A DNA stretch of 64,000 nucleotides from Phocaeicola sp. (GTDB lineage: Bacteria; Bacteroidota; Bacteroidia; Bacteroidales; Bacteroidaceae). The stretch covers positions 4,527-68,526 of the forward strand of contig JAHHQV010000004.1 in assembly GCA_020026175.1 (NCBI GenBank), read 5' to 3'. The position numbers were made by a program, and so were the translations under genes. The notes beneath the pieces were generated by a model. That model saw nothing but the letters and a program-made list of their open reading frames with translations. It was not told the DNA's origin and did not search any database. Positions 21,428 to 35,150 of this stretch are shown piece by piece (positions within the stretch are counted from its first letter, which is position 1; each line of letters starts with the position of its first letter).

Positions 21428-22435
21428 CTATTTTCTACATCCTGCATCAAATTCCATCTCACTCAATGTAAATTCGGAAAGATTTATTTTCTCAGGAGAA
21501 ATCAAAGGAGATTTTCGATGAATACAATCGTTGAAAATACATTTATTACACTTAGGATGTTCAAAAACATTACATGGATCTAGATGAACTGTAACCTGGA
21601 CCTTATTCTCATACTTTTTTTCAAGAATATCTTTCAACTCAGAACCTAGCACATGACCTTCGGAAATATTGTAATACCAAGGAACTGTCAAGTCGCAATC
21701 TATATATATACAATTACCAGACTTTATAACCTTTGTATTATGGATATCAACCCACTCGGGCTGCCTGTTCTCATTCAAGACATCAACAAGTTCTTCAAGT
21801 AAATTTTCATCTGCCGTATCAAGAAGTCCAGCTATTGTCTTCCTTAAAATAGAAACTCCGGTTGTTATTATTATAAGGCCAAATACCAATGCCAAAGTGC
21901 TGTCTATCCATACCAAACCAGTGAAATACAATATCAACAATCCCAACACAAGACCTATAGTAGAATATGTATCAGACTGAAGATGCCTTCCTCCAGCAAC
22001 CAATGCCATAGAGCCAAATTTACGGCCTGTTCTTATACTATAATATCCCATAATATAATTCAACAATCCAGATACAGCTACTATAATTATACCTATATCG
22101 AGCTTTTCAACTTCTGTAGGCACCAGAAAACGCATTATGGCTTCATATATAATCATCGCACCTGCGCACGATATCAGTATACCTTCAACTGAAGCTGATA
22201 TGAGCTCTATTTTACCATGACCATATGGATGTTGCCTGTCATGTGGTTTGGCTCCCCATTTCATACAATATAAGCTTATCAAACCTGCAACTACATTGAC
22301 TATACTTTCCATGGCATCAGTCAGTACACCTACCGAATTTGTAACAAAATAAGCTATAAATTTTCCTATCAATATTATGGCAGATATTATCACTATCCTC
22401 TTCTGTACTTTTAATTTTATAATCTCTTCTCCCAT
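21428..22435 (-). CDS. Cation diffusion facilitator family transporter
   Basis: TDAMES, HPYGHGKIE, HLQSD, VHLDPC with Cys-rich tail. Confidence 0.92.
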   Translation of the reverse strand: MGEEIIKLKVQKRIVIISAIILIGKFIAYFVTNSVGVLTDAMESIVNVVAGLISLYCMKWGAKPHDRQHPYGHGKIELISASVEGILISCAGAMIIYEAIMRFLVPTEVEKLDIGIIIVAVSGLLNYIMGYYSIRTGRKFGSMALVAGGRHLQSDTYSTIGLVLGLLILYFTGLVWIDSTLALVFGLIIITTGVSILRKTIAGLLDTADENLLEELVDVLNENRQPEWVDIHNTKVIKSGNCIYIDCDLTVPWYYNISEGHVLGSELKDILEKKYENKVQVTVHLDPCNVFEHPKCNKCIFNDCIHRKSPLISPEKINLSEFTLSEMEFDAGCRK

Positions 22436-22491
22436 CTTTTCTCTAAAAATTGGTGTTTTAATACAAAAATACAATAATAATAGTTTAATAG

Positions 22492-25965
<3,474 letters not shown>

Positions 25966-25977
25966 AATAAATGCAAC

Positions 25978-26030
25978 AATGAGATGTCCGGTATATGATA
26001 TTATGTTATATGCCGGACATTTTTCATTTA
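25978..26030 (+). terminator. Intrinsic terminator
   Basis: ATGTCCGGTATA / TATGCCGGACAT stem + T-run. Confidence 0.7.
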
Positions 26031-26140
26031 TTTATTCTAAAAAATAACTTATATTCTCAAAGTCAAAAACTATACTTTCATTTTGTGCTTCATTATGTTT
26101 GCACTATATTTGCAACAAATACTCATATAACCAATTATTT

Positions 26141-28492
26141 ATGATGAAAAATCATTTTACAAACCTTTGCGCCGGACTTTCTTTAAGTCTTTTAATGGCG
26201 TGTAGCGGCCAGACCGGCGAAATCAAATCTTACAACGAAGGCATCAATATTATTCCGATGCCACAGTCTCTAACACTTCAAGACGGTTCTTTCAAACTAG
26301 GAAACAGTACAGGTATTTCGGCAACTACTCCCGAAGCAAAAACTGTAGCCGAATTCTTTGCATCAAAAATGAGAAGAGCTACAGGATACGACATTCCTGT
26401 AGGTGAAAGCGGAGATATAAAACTCGTAACAGACGCTTCACTCGACACCAATGATGAAGGATATAAACTGAATGTGACAAGCAATGAAGTAACTGTTACT
26501 GCAAAGACTACTAAAGGTCTTTTCTATGGACTACAATCATTCATGCAACTACTTCCTGCCGAAATTGAAAGTCCTGCAAAAGTAAGCAATATAGCATGGA
26601 CTGCACAGGCAGCCAATATAACCGACGAACCTCGATTTGAATACCGTGGTCTTATGATAGACCCATGCCGTCACTTCATGACAGTAGACGAAATAAAGAA
26701 GCAGTTGGATGTTATGGCATTATTCAAGATGAACCGTATGCACTGGCATCTTACAGAAGACCAGGGATGGAGAATCGAGATAAAGAAATACCCTAAACTT
26801 ACCGAAATAGGTTCTGTTAGAACAGAAGGTGAAGGTTATGAATACGGTCCATTTTTCTACACACAAGAAGATGTTAAGGAAATCGTAAAATATGCATCTG
26901 AAAGATTTATAACAATAGTTCCTGAAATAGAACTTCCAGGACACGAATTGTCTGCCATCGCAGCCTATCCTGAGCTGTCATGTAAAGGACAAGAAATCAG
27001 TCCACGAGTTATATGGGGAGTAGAAGATGTTGTGATGTGTGCAGGCAAAGAACTACCATTCCAGTTCTTGGAAGATGTAATAGCAGAAGTAGCACAATTG
27101 TTCCCTGGCGAATATCTCCACATTGGCGGTGATGAATGTCCAAAGACAAGCTGGAAGAACTGTCCTCTATGCCAGAAACGTATCCGTCAGGAAGGACTTC
27201 AGGCAAAAGACGGTCACTCTGCCGAAGAACGCTTGCAGAGCTATTTTATACAAAGAATGGAAAAAGTAGCAGCAAAATATGGCAAAAAGATTATAGGATG
27301 GGATGAAATTCTTGAAGGAGGACTTTCTCCAACTGCAACTGTAATGTCATGGCGAGGAGAGCAAGGTGGTATTGCCGCTGCCCTTACAAGCCATAATGTA
27401 ATCATGACTCCTGGAGGAAACGGTATGTACCTTGACCACTATCAGGGCGACAGCAAGGTTGAGCCTGTTGCTATAGGAGGATATTCTACATTAGAAAAGA
27501 CTTATTCATACAATCCTACTCCTGACACCCTTATAACAATGGATAAAGAACATTTCGTAAAAGGTGTACAGGGTAACATATGGAGCGAATATCTTTACAC
27601 AAACGATATAAGAGAATATAGAACATTCCCAAGAGGTATTGCAATTGCCGAAATAGGATGGACAAACAATGACCGCAAGGATTACAAGGACTTCGAAAGA
27701 CGTATAAACAATGCATATGTACGTATGGACTCTTATAAAATCAACTATCATATACCAATGCCAGAACAGAAAGGCGGATCTTGCAATTTCATAGCATTTA
27801 CAGACAAGGCTACATTGGAATTCAAGACAACAAGACCTGAAAAGATGGTATATACAGTTGATGGTACAGAACCTACAGCACAGTCTACTGAATATACATC
27901 ACCTCTTACATTTACAGAGACTACTACACTTAAGATTGCAACAGCTCTTCCTTCTGGAAAATTAAGCAAGGTGAGAACTATTACAGTCGACAAACAGACT
28001 CCACTTAAGGCTAAAGAAGTAGCTAAAACAGAAAAAGGACTTAAGATGGGTGTAAAATATGGTTCATTCCTTAATATAGACCAGTTCAATAAATCAAACG
28101 GCAAGTTTGACAGCGAAAAGACCATCAAGACAACGCGTGAACTTACTTCTGTTGTAAAGACTTCCGAATCAATGAGAGGAGTTAAACAATACGGAGCAGT
28201 TGCTACTGGATATGTAAACATTGAAGAAGACGGAGTTTACTTCTTATCTTCGGAACTTGAAGAAGTATGGATTGACGGCAAGCTCGTTATCAACAACAAA
28301 AACGAAGTAAAGCGTTTCTCTAGAAATGATTCTTCTATCGCTCTTGGCAAGGGATTGCACGAAATCAAAGCTGTATTCCTAGGTCATATTATCGGAGGAT
28401 GGCCTTCAAACTGGAATGACGGCAGCATAAAGATTAAAAAAGCCGGAAGTGAAAAATTTGAAACTATCGGAGAAGACAAGCTATTCCATTAA
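26141..28492 (+). CDS. GH20 beta-N-acetylhexosaminidase lipoprotein (Fn3-associated and PA14-like C-terminal domains)
   Basis: YRGLMIDPCRHF, HWHLTEDQGWR, HIGGDEC, GWDEIL; lipobox LMAC. Confidence 0.95.
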   Translation: MMKNHFTNLCAGLSLSLLMACSGQTGEIKSYNEGINIIPMPQSLTLQDGSFKLGNSTGISATTPEAKTVAEFFASKMRRATGYDIPVGESGDIKLVTDASLDTNDEGYKLNVTSNEVTVTAKTTKGLFYGLQSFMQLLPAEIESPAKVSNIAWTAQAANITDEPRFEYRGLMIDPCRHFMTVDEIKKQLDVMALFKMNRMHWHLTEDQGWRIEIKKYPKLTEIGSVRTEGEGYEYGPFFYTQEDVKEIVKYASERFITIVPEIELPGHELSAIAAYPELSCKGQEISPRVIWGVEDVVMCAGKELPFQFLEDVIAEVAQLFPGEYLHIGGDECPKTSWKNCPLCQKRIRQEGLQAKDGHSAEERLQSYFIQRMEKVAAKYGKKIIGWDEILEGGLSPTATVMSWRGEQGGIAAALTSHNVIMTPGGNGMYLDHYQGDSKVEPVAIGGYSTLEKTYSYNPTPDTLITMDKEHFVKGVQGNIWSEYLYTNDIREYRTFPRGIAIAEIGWTNNDRKDYKDFERRINNAYVRMDSYKINYHIPMPEQKGGSCNFIAFTDKATLEFKTTRPEKMVYTVDGTEPTAQSTEYTSPLTFTETTTLKIATALPSGKLSKVRTITVDKQTPLKAKEVAKTEKGLKMGVKYGSFLNIDQFNKSNGKFDSEKTIKTTRELTSVVKTSESMRGVKQYGAVATGYVNIEEDGVYFLSSELEEVWIDGKLVINNKNEVKRFSRNDSSIALGKGLHEIKAVFLGHIIGGWPSNWNDGSIKIKKAGSEKFETIGEDKLFH

Positions 28493-28522
28493 TCTGTCAT
28501 CCACAGATTTTATAGTATAAAA

Positions 28523-28570
28523 ATAGCCGTTGAATTGAGAATACGTCAATTCAACGGCTATCTTGTTTTT
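28523..28570 (+). terminator. Intrinsic terminator
   Basis: ATAGCCGTTGAATTGA / TCAATTCAACGGCTAT + T-rich tail. Confidence 0.85.
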
Positions 28571-28596
28571 AGGTTTTCAAATGTGGGGTAGCACAG

Positions 28597-28890
28597 CTAC
28601 CCTTGGCTTTCAATATACTTTTTGATAGTTTCCTGACTGACTTTTCCGACCGATGAAACAAAGTAGCCATCTGTCCACAATGTGTTTTCCCGGTAAAATA
28701 CCTGTTTAAGATAATTTTCATGCTTTTTCCACATGGCTGTTGTAGACATTTGTTTGAGTCTTCTAACAATTTGCAATGGAGAGAGTTTTGGTTCACTTCG
28801 TACCATCATGTGTATGTGGTCTTTGGCTGTTTCCATGACCTCAATATCGAAGTCTGACAAGTCAGATATGTTCTGTATGATTTGTTTCAA
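28597..28890 (-). pseudogene. tnpA: IS200-type HUH/Y1 transposase TnpA, 5'-truncated
   Basis: DHIH (HUH), LWTDGYFVSSVG, IKKYIESQ catalytic Tyr; N-terminal strand missing. Confidence 0.9.
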
Positions 28891-29830
28891 GTCACGCAGG
28901 AACAGACAGAGTTTCCTTTGTCCTCAGCATTGCCGGGTGGATTTTGCAACAGACACCATTACCATACCTAAAGCCCCCAATATCCCGGCTTTACTTCACC
29001 GAAGATTTAAAGGGACGGTAAAGACCGTTACTATCAGCATGACACCTTCTGGAAAGTATTTTGCCTCCGTACTGGTGGATACCAATCTGCAGGAACTCTC
29101 TTCGGGAGAAAAGGGAATCAATACAGCCATCGGTATAAATCTAGGCATTAAGTCGCTTGCTGTTTGTTCGGATGGTCGTACTTTCGATAATCCTAAGCAT
29201 CTTAATCGTAAACTTGAAAGGCTTGCTGTCCTTCAGAAACGTCTGAGCCGTAAACAGAAAGATTCTTCCAACCGGAACAAGGCACGTATAAAGGTGGCCC
29301 GATTACAGGAACACATCGCAAATTGCCGTAAGGACAACCTTCACAAAATCACCTATATGCTTACGCACGACAGCCAAGTGCGCACTATCTGTATGGAAGA
29401 TTTGAATGTGAAAGGCATGCAACGCAACCATCACCTTGCCCAGGCAGTCTCTGATGCATCTTTCGGTATGTTTCTAACGCTGCTTGAATACAAATGCAAG
29501 TGGTATGGAGTGAACCTAATAAAGATAGACCGCTTTGCCCCAAGCTCAAAGACCTGCGGCAAGTGCGGCTATATCTATAAAGGATTGAAATTAAGCGAGC
29601 GCAGCTGGACTTGTCCGGATTGTGGTACCATCCATGACCGGGACTTTAATGCCGCTTGCAATATCAAGGAATTTGGCTTGAAAGCCCTACCCACGGAGCG
29701 TGGGAAAGTCAAGCCTGTGGATTGCCCTCTTGTGGATGACCGACCTCGTGTCCTAAAAAGCAACGGCAGGAAGAAGCAGGAAAAAAGAGGAGGTATTAGT
29801 ATCTCCGAAGCCGCTAAATCTTTAGTTTAG
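28886..29830 (+). pseudogene. tnpB: TnpB RNA-guided nuclease, 5'-truncated, RuvC-I D->N
   Basis: Begins at FKS; GINLG (canonical GIDLG), MEDLNV, zinc finger CGKCG...CPDCG, DRDFNAA. Confidence 0.9.
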
Positions 29831-29977
29831 CGGTAGTTCACTCATTATCACAATCTATTGAATATCCATATCCTCATTAAATGTATAAAAGCAAAACTAG
29901 AAACAGTAAACTATAGTTTATATCGAATAATTGATTAAAGCACTCTTTGACTTATCTTTGTGGTCTAAAAAGTTTAA

Positions 29978-30624
29978 ATGATGTATTACGACAAAATTCG
30001 CTACTGCCATAGTCAAGTTCTTGCAGCAACAGGCTTGACACCTATAGAGTTTGAAGCCTTACTGATAACTTTTAAGTATCATATGGAGTCATTTTACTTT
30101 AGAAGGAAAAGTCCGTCAACGTATATCTTATAATAGAAAGACCTATTCAACGCCCTATAGATGAAGATAGGCAGTCTGCGTGCTATAGTGGTAAAAAAAC
30201 TCATAGCATAAAGAATAACATCCTGTGTACCAGTTATCTCAGAATTGTATGGTTAAGTTCAACTTACGAAGGTCATACCCATGACAAGAGGATATGTGAT
30301 GCAGAACCTCTTTCGCTTCACAAAGGAATACGACTTTGGCAGGATACAGGTTTTCAGGGACACAAACCAGATGGTGTTGATGTATATATGCCCAAAAAGA
30401 AACCTAAAGGAAAAGAACTTACTCCGGAAGAAAAGCAGGAGAATAAGAGAATTTCAGGCATCAGGATTAAAGTCGGGCATGCCATCGGTGGAATGAAAAA
30501 ATGCCGTATTGTCAAAGAACGATTTAGATGCCATAAATTCGGATTCGAAGATATGGTGATTCTTATTGCATGTGGATTGCACAACTTTAGAATCAGCCAT
30601 AAAATGAGCCATATAGCAATTTAA
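29978..30624 (+). pseudogene. IS5-family (ISL2-like, DDE_Tnp_4) transposase, frameshifted and deleted
   Basis: Fragments ATGLTPIEFEALL; YSGKK.H..KN; HTHDK; WQDTGFQG; PKKKPKGKELT; RIKVGHAIG..K; GLHNFR across broken frames. Confidence 0.8.
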
Positions 30625-30654
30625 TCTATATAATGTTTAATGATGGAATAAAAA

Positions 30655-31656
30655 CTACAACTCACATTTTACTAATGTATAGTCAGGAGCTACCACAATG
30701 GCGTAAAGCGTATTCCTGGTTATATCCGAACATATACGCAAAATAGGGGCACCTAAGTCTACTATACGCTTCAGGTTTAGTTCATAATCGTATAAGAAAA
30801 CCGTAGTGGGGCGAAGAGAAGCATCCCTACCTACAGCAGTCTCATCGGTCTTGTCACGTGTACGGTCACGTTCCAAAGTAATGATATAGTCACGGCTGAG
30901 ACAAAGTTCGCTGGCTCCTTTTGCCTTTTTCCAGTCAAACTGCAAATATCCTTTTTCCATTCTGTAATTGTCAATATTACTCTTCCGCTCTTTTTTCAAC
31001 TCAAAGTTGCCTGAAACTTCATCATATTGATAACAAACCATATAAGGAAAATCCAAAGGAGCATAGATTAAAGAACGGCTACGAGGGTCGTATGCCATAT
31101 TCCCCCATATATGCTGCTTGTACTCTGATATTGGATAAGAGCCGAACTTCACGGAACGATTATTCATCATAGCCTGAAAATAGGATTCCTCCCCATCTTG
31201 AGTATTGCTTATAAGAAAGTTGTCCGCAATACGGGAAAAGCTATCCATCGTGCTGTCTTTCTCTTGCCGACAATAATAATTCTTGCCGCAAAGCAAGCTG
31301 TCTATCAAGAAAAAGCCTTGATTGTTGCCATTCACATCACTCACAAAGACCTCATTGTTCACCGCAAACTGACTCATGCTTGGGGTTACAAACTCATTAG
31401 GTCCCTGACCGATAGAACCTATCGTTACTAGTTCTTTTCCAGACACCGTATCATGCACATGTAGAAAAGTACTATCGGAAAAAGGCTCAATCCATACCAA
31501 GTACTTGGGGGAGAACAGCATATTACTGGGCATGACAGTATATATACTGTTTGTCAACACTGTAAACGGACGATGTTCGTATAATGCTTCTGATTTTTTG
31601 CCACAAGCACACAATAATGCTACTATACCTACTGTTATATAGGTCCTTAATTTCAT
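30655..31656 (-). CDS. BF3164-like / 6-bladed beta-propeller lipoprotein
   Basis: Lipobox LCAC; GSIGQGPNEF motif; adjacent to an NVEALA gene. Confidence 0.75.
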   Translation of the reverse strand: MKLRTYITVGIVALLCACGKKSEALYEHRPFTVLTNSIYTVMPSNMLFSPKYLVWIEPFSDSTFLHVHDTVSGKELVTIGSIGQGPNEFVTPSMSQFAVNNEVFVSDVNGNNQGFFLIDSLLCGKNYYCRQEKDSTMDSFSRIADNFLISNTQDGEESYFQAMMNNRSVKFGSYPISEYKQHIWGNMAYDPRSRSLIYAPLDFPYMVCYQYDEVSGNFELKKERKSNIDNYRMEKGYLQFDWKKAKGASELCLSRDYIITLERDRTRDKTDETAVGRDASLRPTTVFLYDYELNLKRIVDLGAPILRICSDITRNTLYAIVVAPDYTLVKCEL

Positions 31657-31674
31657 ATCCTAGAAATACCAATA

Positions 31675-31941
31675 TTAATAATTATGAGAACATACGCGCG
31701 TTTCACATCCTGAACCATTAGAATAAGCCCAAGTATAATGCTTATTACCACACACACAACATTTTCTCTCTAAAATGCCAACACAAGGATGTCCGTTGAA
31801 ATCTTCTCCAGAAGCTAACGCTTCTATGTTCTCCATTGCTAAATCAGACAACTGTGAGTCTTTTTGAGAAGTATAGATATTCAAGCCTGCTACTAAAGTA
31901 AGTAAAGCTAATACAACAAATTTAAGTATATTCTTTTTCAT
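31675..31941 (-). CDS. NVEALA-domain secreted Cys-rich peptide
   Basis: Hydrophobic N-terminus, LSDLAMENIEALASGE motif, 42-aa core with 6 Cys. Confidence 0.88.
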   Translation of the reverse strand: MKKNILKFVVLALLTLVAGLNIYTSQKDSQLSDLAMENIEALASGEDFNGHPCVGILERKCCVCGNKHYTWAYSNGSGCETRVCSHNY

Positions 31942-32061
31942 AACAACTAAGTTTGATAAGATTATTCAAATTAATTATCTCACTACGAAGTGACAAACAT
32001 TCCATTTGCCCATCTCCAATTTTATACTTAACTTTACATCGGTCTGTCCTCCATACGTTAA

Positions 32062-32490
32062 GGTGAGTTCTATCAATTCAATTTATCCTCTTGTATCAGA
32101 CAGCAGAACTCTTTAATGCGGAAACTCGTACGGTCAACTATCTGATACTCTATCTGATGGTCACTCAAACCATAATAACGCTGAAGAAACAAGACCTTGA
32201 ACATCAGCACACAGTCTATAGGCGGACGACCGGCATTACTTTTGCGCTCTACGGTAAAAAGGGCTGATTCAAGAGTAGGACGAAAGATCTCAAAATCAAC
32301 GTACTGAGACAACACTTAAAGGGGATTACCCATTTCATTCAAACGCAATTCACGATTCTCTGACTCAAATAGTTGATTATAACGACGCTTACGGTATCGG
32401 GACAACTTGTTCTTTGTAAACTCTGCAAATTTAAGATTCTGGAACCATATAAATAGCTGTACTACAATATTTTAATTTATAGAACTCCTC
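32062..32490 (-). mobile_element. Internally deleted IS5-family element (MITE-like) with TTAA target duplication
   Basis: TIRs GGTGAGTTCTATCAATT / GAGGAGTTCTATAAATT; TTAA at 32058-61 and 32491-94; transposase N-terminal fragment GRPPID...FKVLFLQRYYGLSD with an internal stop. Confidence 0.85.
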
Positions 32491-32577
32491 TTAAAAGGTT
32501 AGACATTGAATAGTGGGAGAAGAAGTCCAGTCTGTCAAACTTAAAGATTATGCTTTCTCCTCTTTCTTTATTTCTCA

Positions 32578-33328
32578 CTATTCCGCTTCTCCTGTTACGA
32601 CTATACGCAGGGGAGAATCGGGTGTATTACAGAATATATCTACTGTTTTGTAAAAGTGACCTCTTTTTTCCGCCTTGTATGAGATGCGGAACATGGTATA
32701 CTCGCCAGCTCGTACAGGACGTTTGTCGTATTCCACACTGGTACATCCGCACTAGGTATCCACTCCGTGATGCCCAGTATTGTAAAGCACTATTTCTTGC
32801 TCACGCTTCTCACCATACGTATATTTTCCAAAATCTACCTTCGTCATACTCAGAGATACTGTAGTCTTCACAGTGGCAGAAGATGGTCTGGAGGACTTCT
32901 CGTTTTTCAGTACACGCAGATACATATGTCGCACTTCCTGATTGTGTATAGTATTGCCTACCAGTACCACGCGGTTGTCTGCATCCAGTAGGAAAGTCTG
33001 AAACGTCATTTCGCTCGAGGAATTTGTTCAGACGGTTCAGTTCGTAATTCTCATCGAAACATACTGGATAGATGAAACCGTCTCGCATGGTAACGTAGCG
33101 CATTTCCTTCATATTCTTGGGATGGAAATAAAATAGAAATGGCACGTCCATACTAACCACAGAGTCTACTTCGACCTTCAGTTCTTGCCACTTGGGAAGC
33201 TGAAGCTTGCAACTAGTACAACCTAAAGTATCAATATAGGTAAGAATCTTATAAGGAGAGTCGCCGGAAGGCATAGCAACCGTATCACGCCCTTGTATGG
33301 TAAAGATTGGATTGGTCGGAAAAAACAA
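32578..33328 (-). pseudogene. DUF1573/thioredoxin-like protein, frameshifted and 5'-truncated
   Basis: YIDTLGCTSCKL, FQTFLLDADNRV, DFG...LYNTG, CGCT...FYKTVDIFCN...VTGEAE spread over three frames. Confidence 0.75.
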
Positions 33329-33442
33329 TACTTTGAAACAGATTAATTTTATGAAGAAATTTGTTTTTTTCGATTAATCAATACCTTATAAAGGTTTTCC
33401 TGCACAAAAAAAGGAAAATACTTGTAAAAGCTATTTATATAT

Positions 33443-34981
33443 TTATCCCTGCCTTTTTACTTTAACCTCATATAAGTCTCCGCGCCTGTCCTTAAGATTT
33501 CTCACACTTCCATATGTGTGAAGTTCGTTCAGCAAGTCAAGGTCTACATCAGAAACAAGAATCATTTCTGTATTAGGAGTAGCCTCTGCACGTTTCCCGT
33601 CGGTAGGGAAAGTAAAATCGCACGGAGTAAACACTCCTGATTGAGCATACTGTATATCCATATTGTGAACACGTGGCAGATTGCCTACACTTCCGGCTAT
33701 AACCACAAAACATTCATTCTCAATGGCTCTGGCATGGGCACAGACTTTCACACGACTATATGCGTTCTGTGTATCGGTCATGAACGGAACAAAGAGAATC
33801 TGCATACCCTGGTCTGCCATTATGCGTGATATCTCTGGAAATTCCACATCATAGCATATCTGTACACCGATTCTTGCACAATCTGTCTCGAATGTCTTTA
33901 TAGAACTTCCTCCATTCAATCCCCAGCTTTTGGTTTCGTCAGGAGTGACATGTATTTTCTCATACATTTCGTATGTACCGTCTCTCCGGCATAAGAATCC
34001 TACATTGTATAGTCTTCCATCTTCTTTGATGTAAGGCATACTGCCTGTTATGATATTAATGTTGTAGCTTATGGCCAGCTTTATGAATCTCTCGCGTATT
34101 TCGTCGGTATATTGTGCCAGTCCTCTTATTGCTTCCGATTCTGCCTCATTGTTGAATCGTGCCATAAGTGGAGCATTGAAATATTCCGGGAATAGTATGA
34201 AATCGCTTTTATAGTCGGATACGGCATCTACAAAAAACTCAACCTGTTCAAAAAGGTCATCTATTGTCTTGTACGAGCGCATTTGCCACTGTACTAGTCC
34301 CACTCTTACTGTTGTCTTGGGGCTGATATATTCTTCGGTAGGCTCTTGATAGTATATATTATCCCATTGTAGCAGGCATGCATAGTGTTTTGATTCTTCA
34401 TCGTTGGGCAGATAGTTACGCATTACCTTGCGTACGTGGAAGTCATTAGATAGTTGGAATGTCAACACAGGGTCATATATCTCTTTTTGTTTTACCTTAT
34501 CGATATATTCTTTAGGACGCATCTTTTCGGCATACTTATGGTAGTTTGGAATTCTTCCGCCGAACATGATAGCTTTAAGGTTCAGTTCTTCACAAAGTTC
34601 CTTTCTGTATTCGTACATACGTCTTGCCAGTCGTAGTCCTCTGTATTGTGGATGTATGAAGACTTCTATACCATACAGAATGTTGCCTTTGTGATTGTGG
34701 GTATCGAATGTTTCTTTTCCTGTAACCTGTGCGTATGTATGGTCGCTTTTCACTTTGTCGTAGTCTACTATGATAGACAGGGCGCAGCCAACTATCTTAT
34801 CGTCTACCACTGTTACAATCTGTCCTTCAGGAAAGATTTTTATAAGTTTTTCTATTTGTTTGTGAGTCCAAAACACATCACTCCCGTCGGAGTAAACTCT
34901 TGTGAAAGATTGTGCCAGTTGGTCATAATCTTCCATTTGCAGATTCCTTATCTGCACCTTGTTGATTTTTAATTCTTCCAT
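33443..34981 (-). CDS. Bifunctional GNAT acetyltransferase / carbon-nitrogen hydrolase
   Basis: HPQYRGLRLAR acetyl-CoA loop; nitrilase triad FPEY, YEKIH, ICYDVEFPE. Confidence 0.92.
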   Translation of the reverse strand: MEELKINKVQIRNLQMEDYDQLAQSFTRVYSDGSDVFWTHKQIEKLIKIFPEGQIVTVVDDKIVGCALSIIVDYDKVKSDHTYAQVTGKETFDTHNHKGNILYGIEVFIHPQYRGLRLARRMYEYRKELCEELNLKAIMFGGRIPNYHKYAEKMRPKEYIDKVKQKEIYDPVLTFQLSNDFHVRKVMRNYLPNDEESKHYACLLQWDNIYYQEPTEEYISPKTTVRVGLVQWQMRSYKTIDDLFEQVEFFVDAVSDYKSDFILFPEYFNAPLMARFNNEAESEAIRGLAQYTDEIRERFIKLAISYNINIITGSMPYIKEDGRLYNVGFLCRRDGTYEMYEKIHVTPDETKSWGLNGGSSIKTFETDCARIGVQICYDVEFPEISRIMADQGMQILFVPFMTDTQNAYSRVKVCAHARAIENECFVVIAGSVGNLPRVHNMDIQYAQSGVFTPCDFTFPTDGKRAEATPNTEMILVSDVDLDLLNELHTYGSVRNLKDRRGDLYEVKVKRQG

Positions 34982-35150
34982 TTTGACTGTTCTTTTTTAT
35001 GTTTATTCAGCAAAATCTATGCAAAGGTACTGATTATTATGTCCCGATGTCACCATTTATATGTAATGTTTTTGCTTATTGTTGATATTCTTGTGTCAGT
35101 TTTAAAGAAAAACTATGTTATATTTGTATATAATTTTAAACTGATATTAG

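Larger units (their letters stand above)
28573..29841. mobile_element. IS200/IS605-family element (divergent tnpA/tnpB), internally deleted
   Basis: Left hairpin GGGTAGC-ACA-GCTACCC (28586-28602); right hairpin CCGCTAAA...TTTAGCGG ending in TAGTTCAC (29841); exact left cleavage site uncertain. Confidence 0.85.

Noticed and set aside
28733..29830. 365-aa ORF as a full-length active TnpB or Cas12f-like effector
   Set aside because: The first ~51 codons are the antisense of tnpA. TnpB similarity starts only at FKS (28886), RuvC-I is D->N, and no CRISPR array is nearby.
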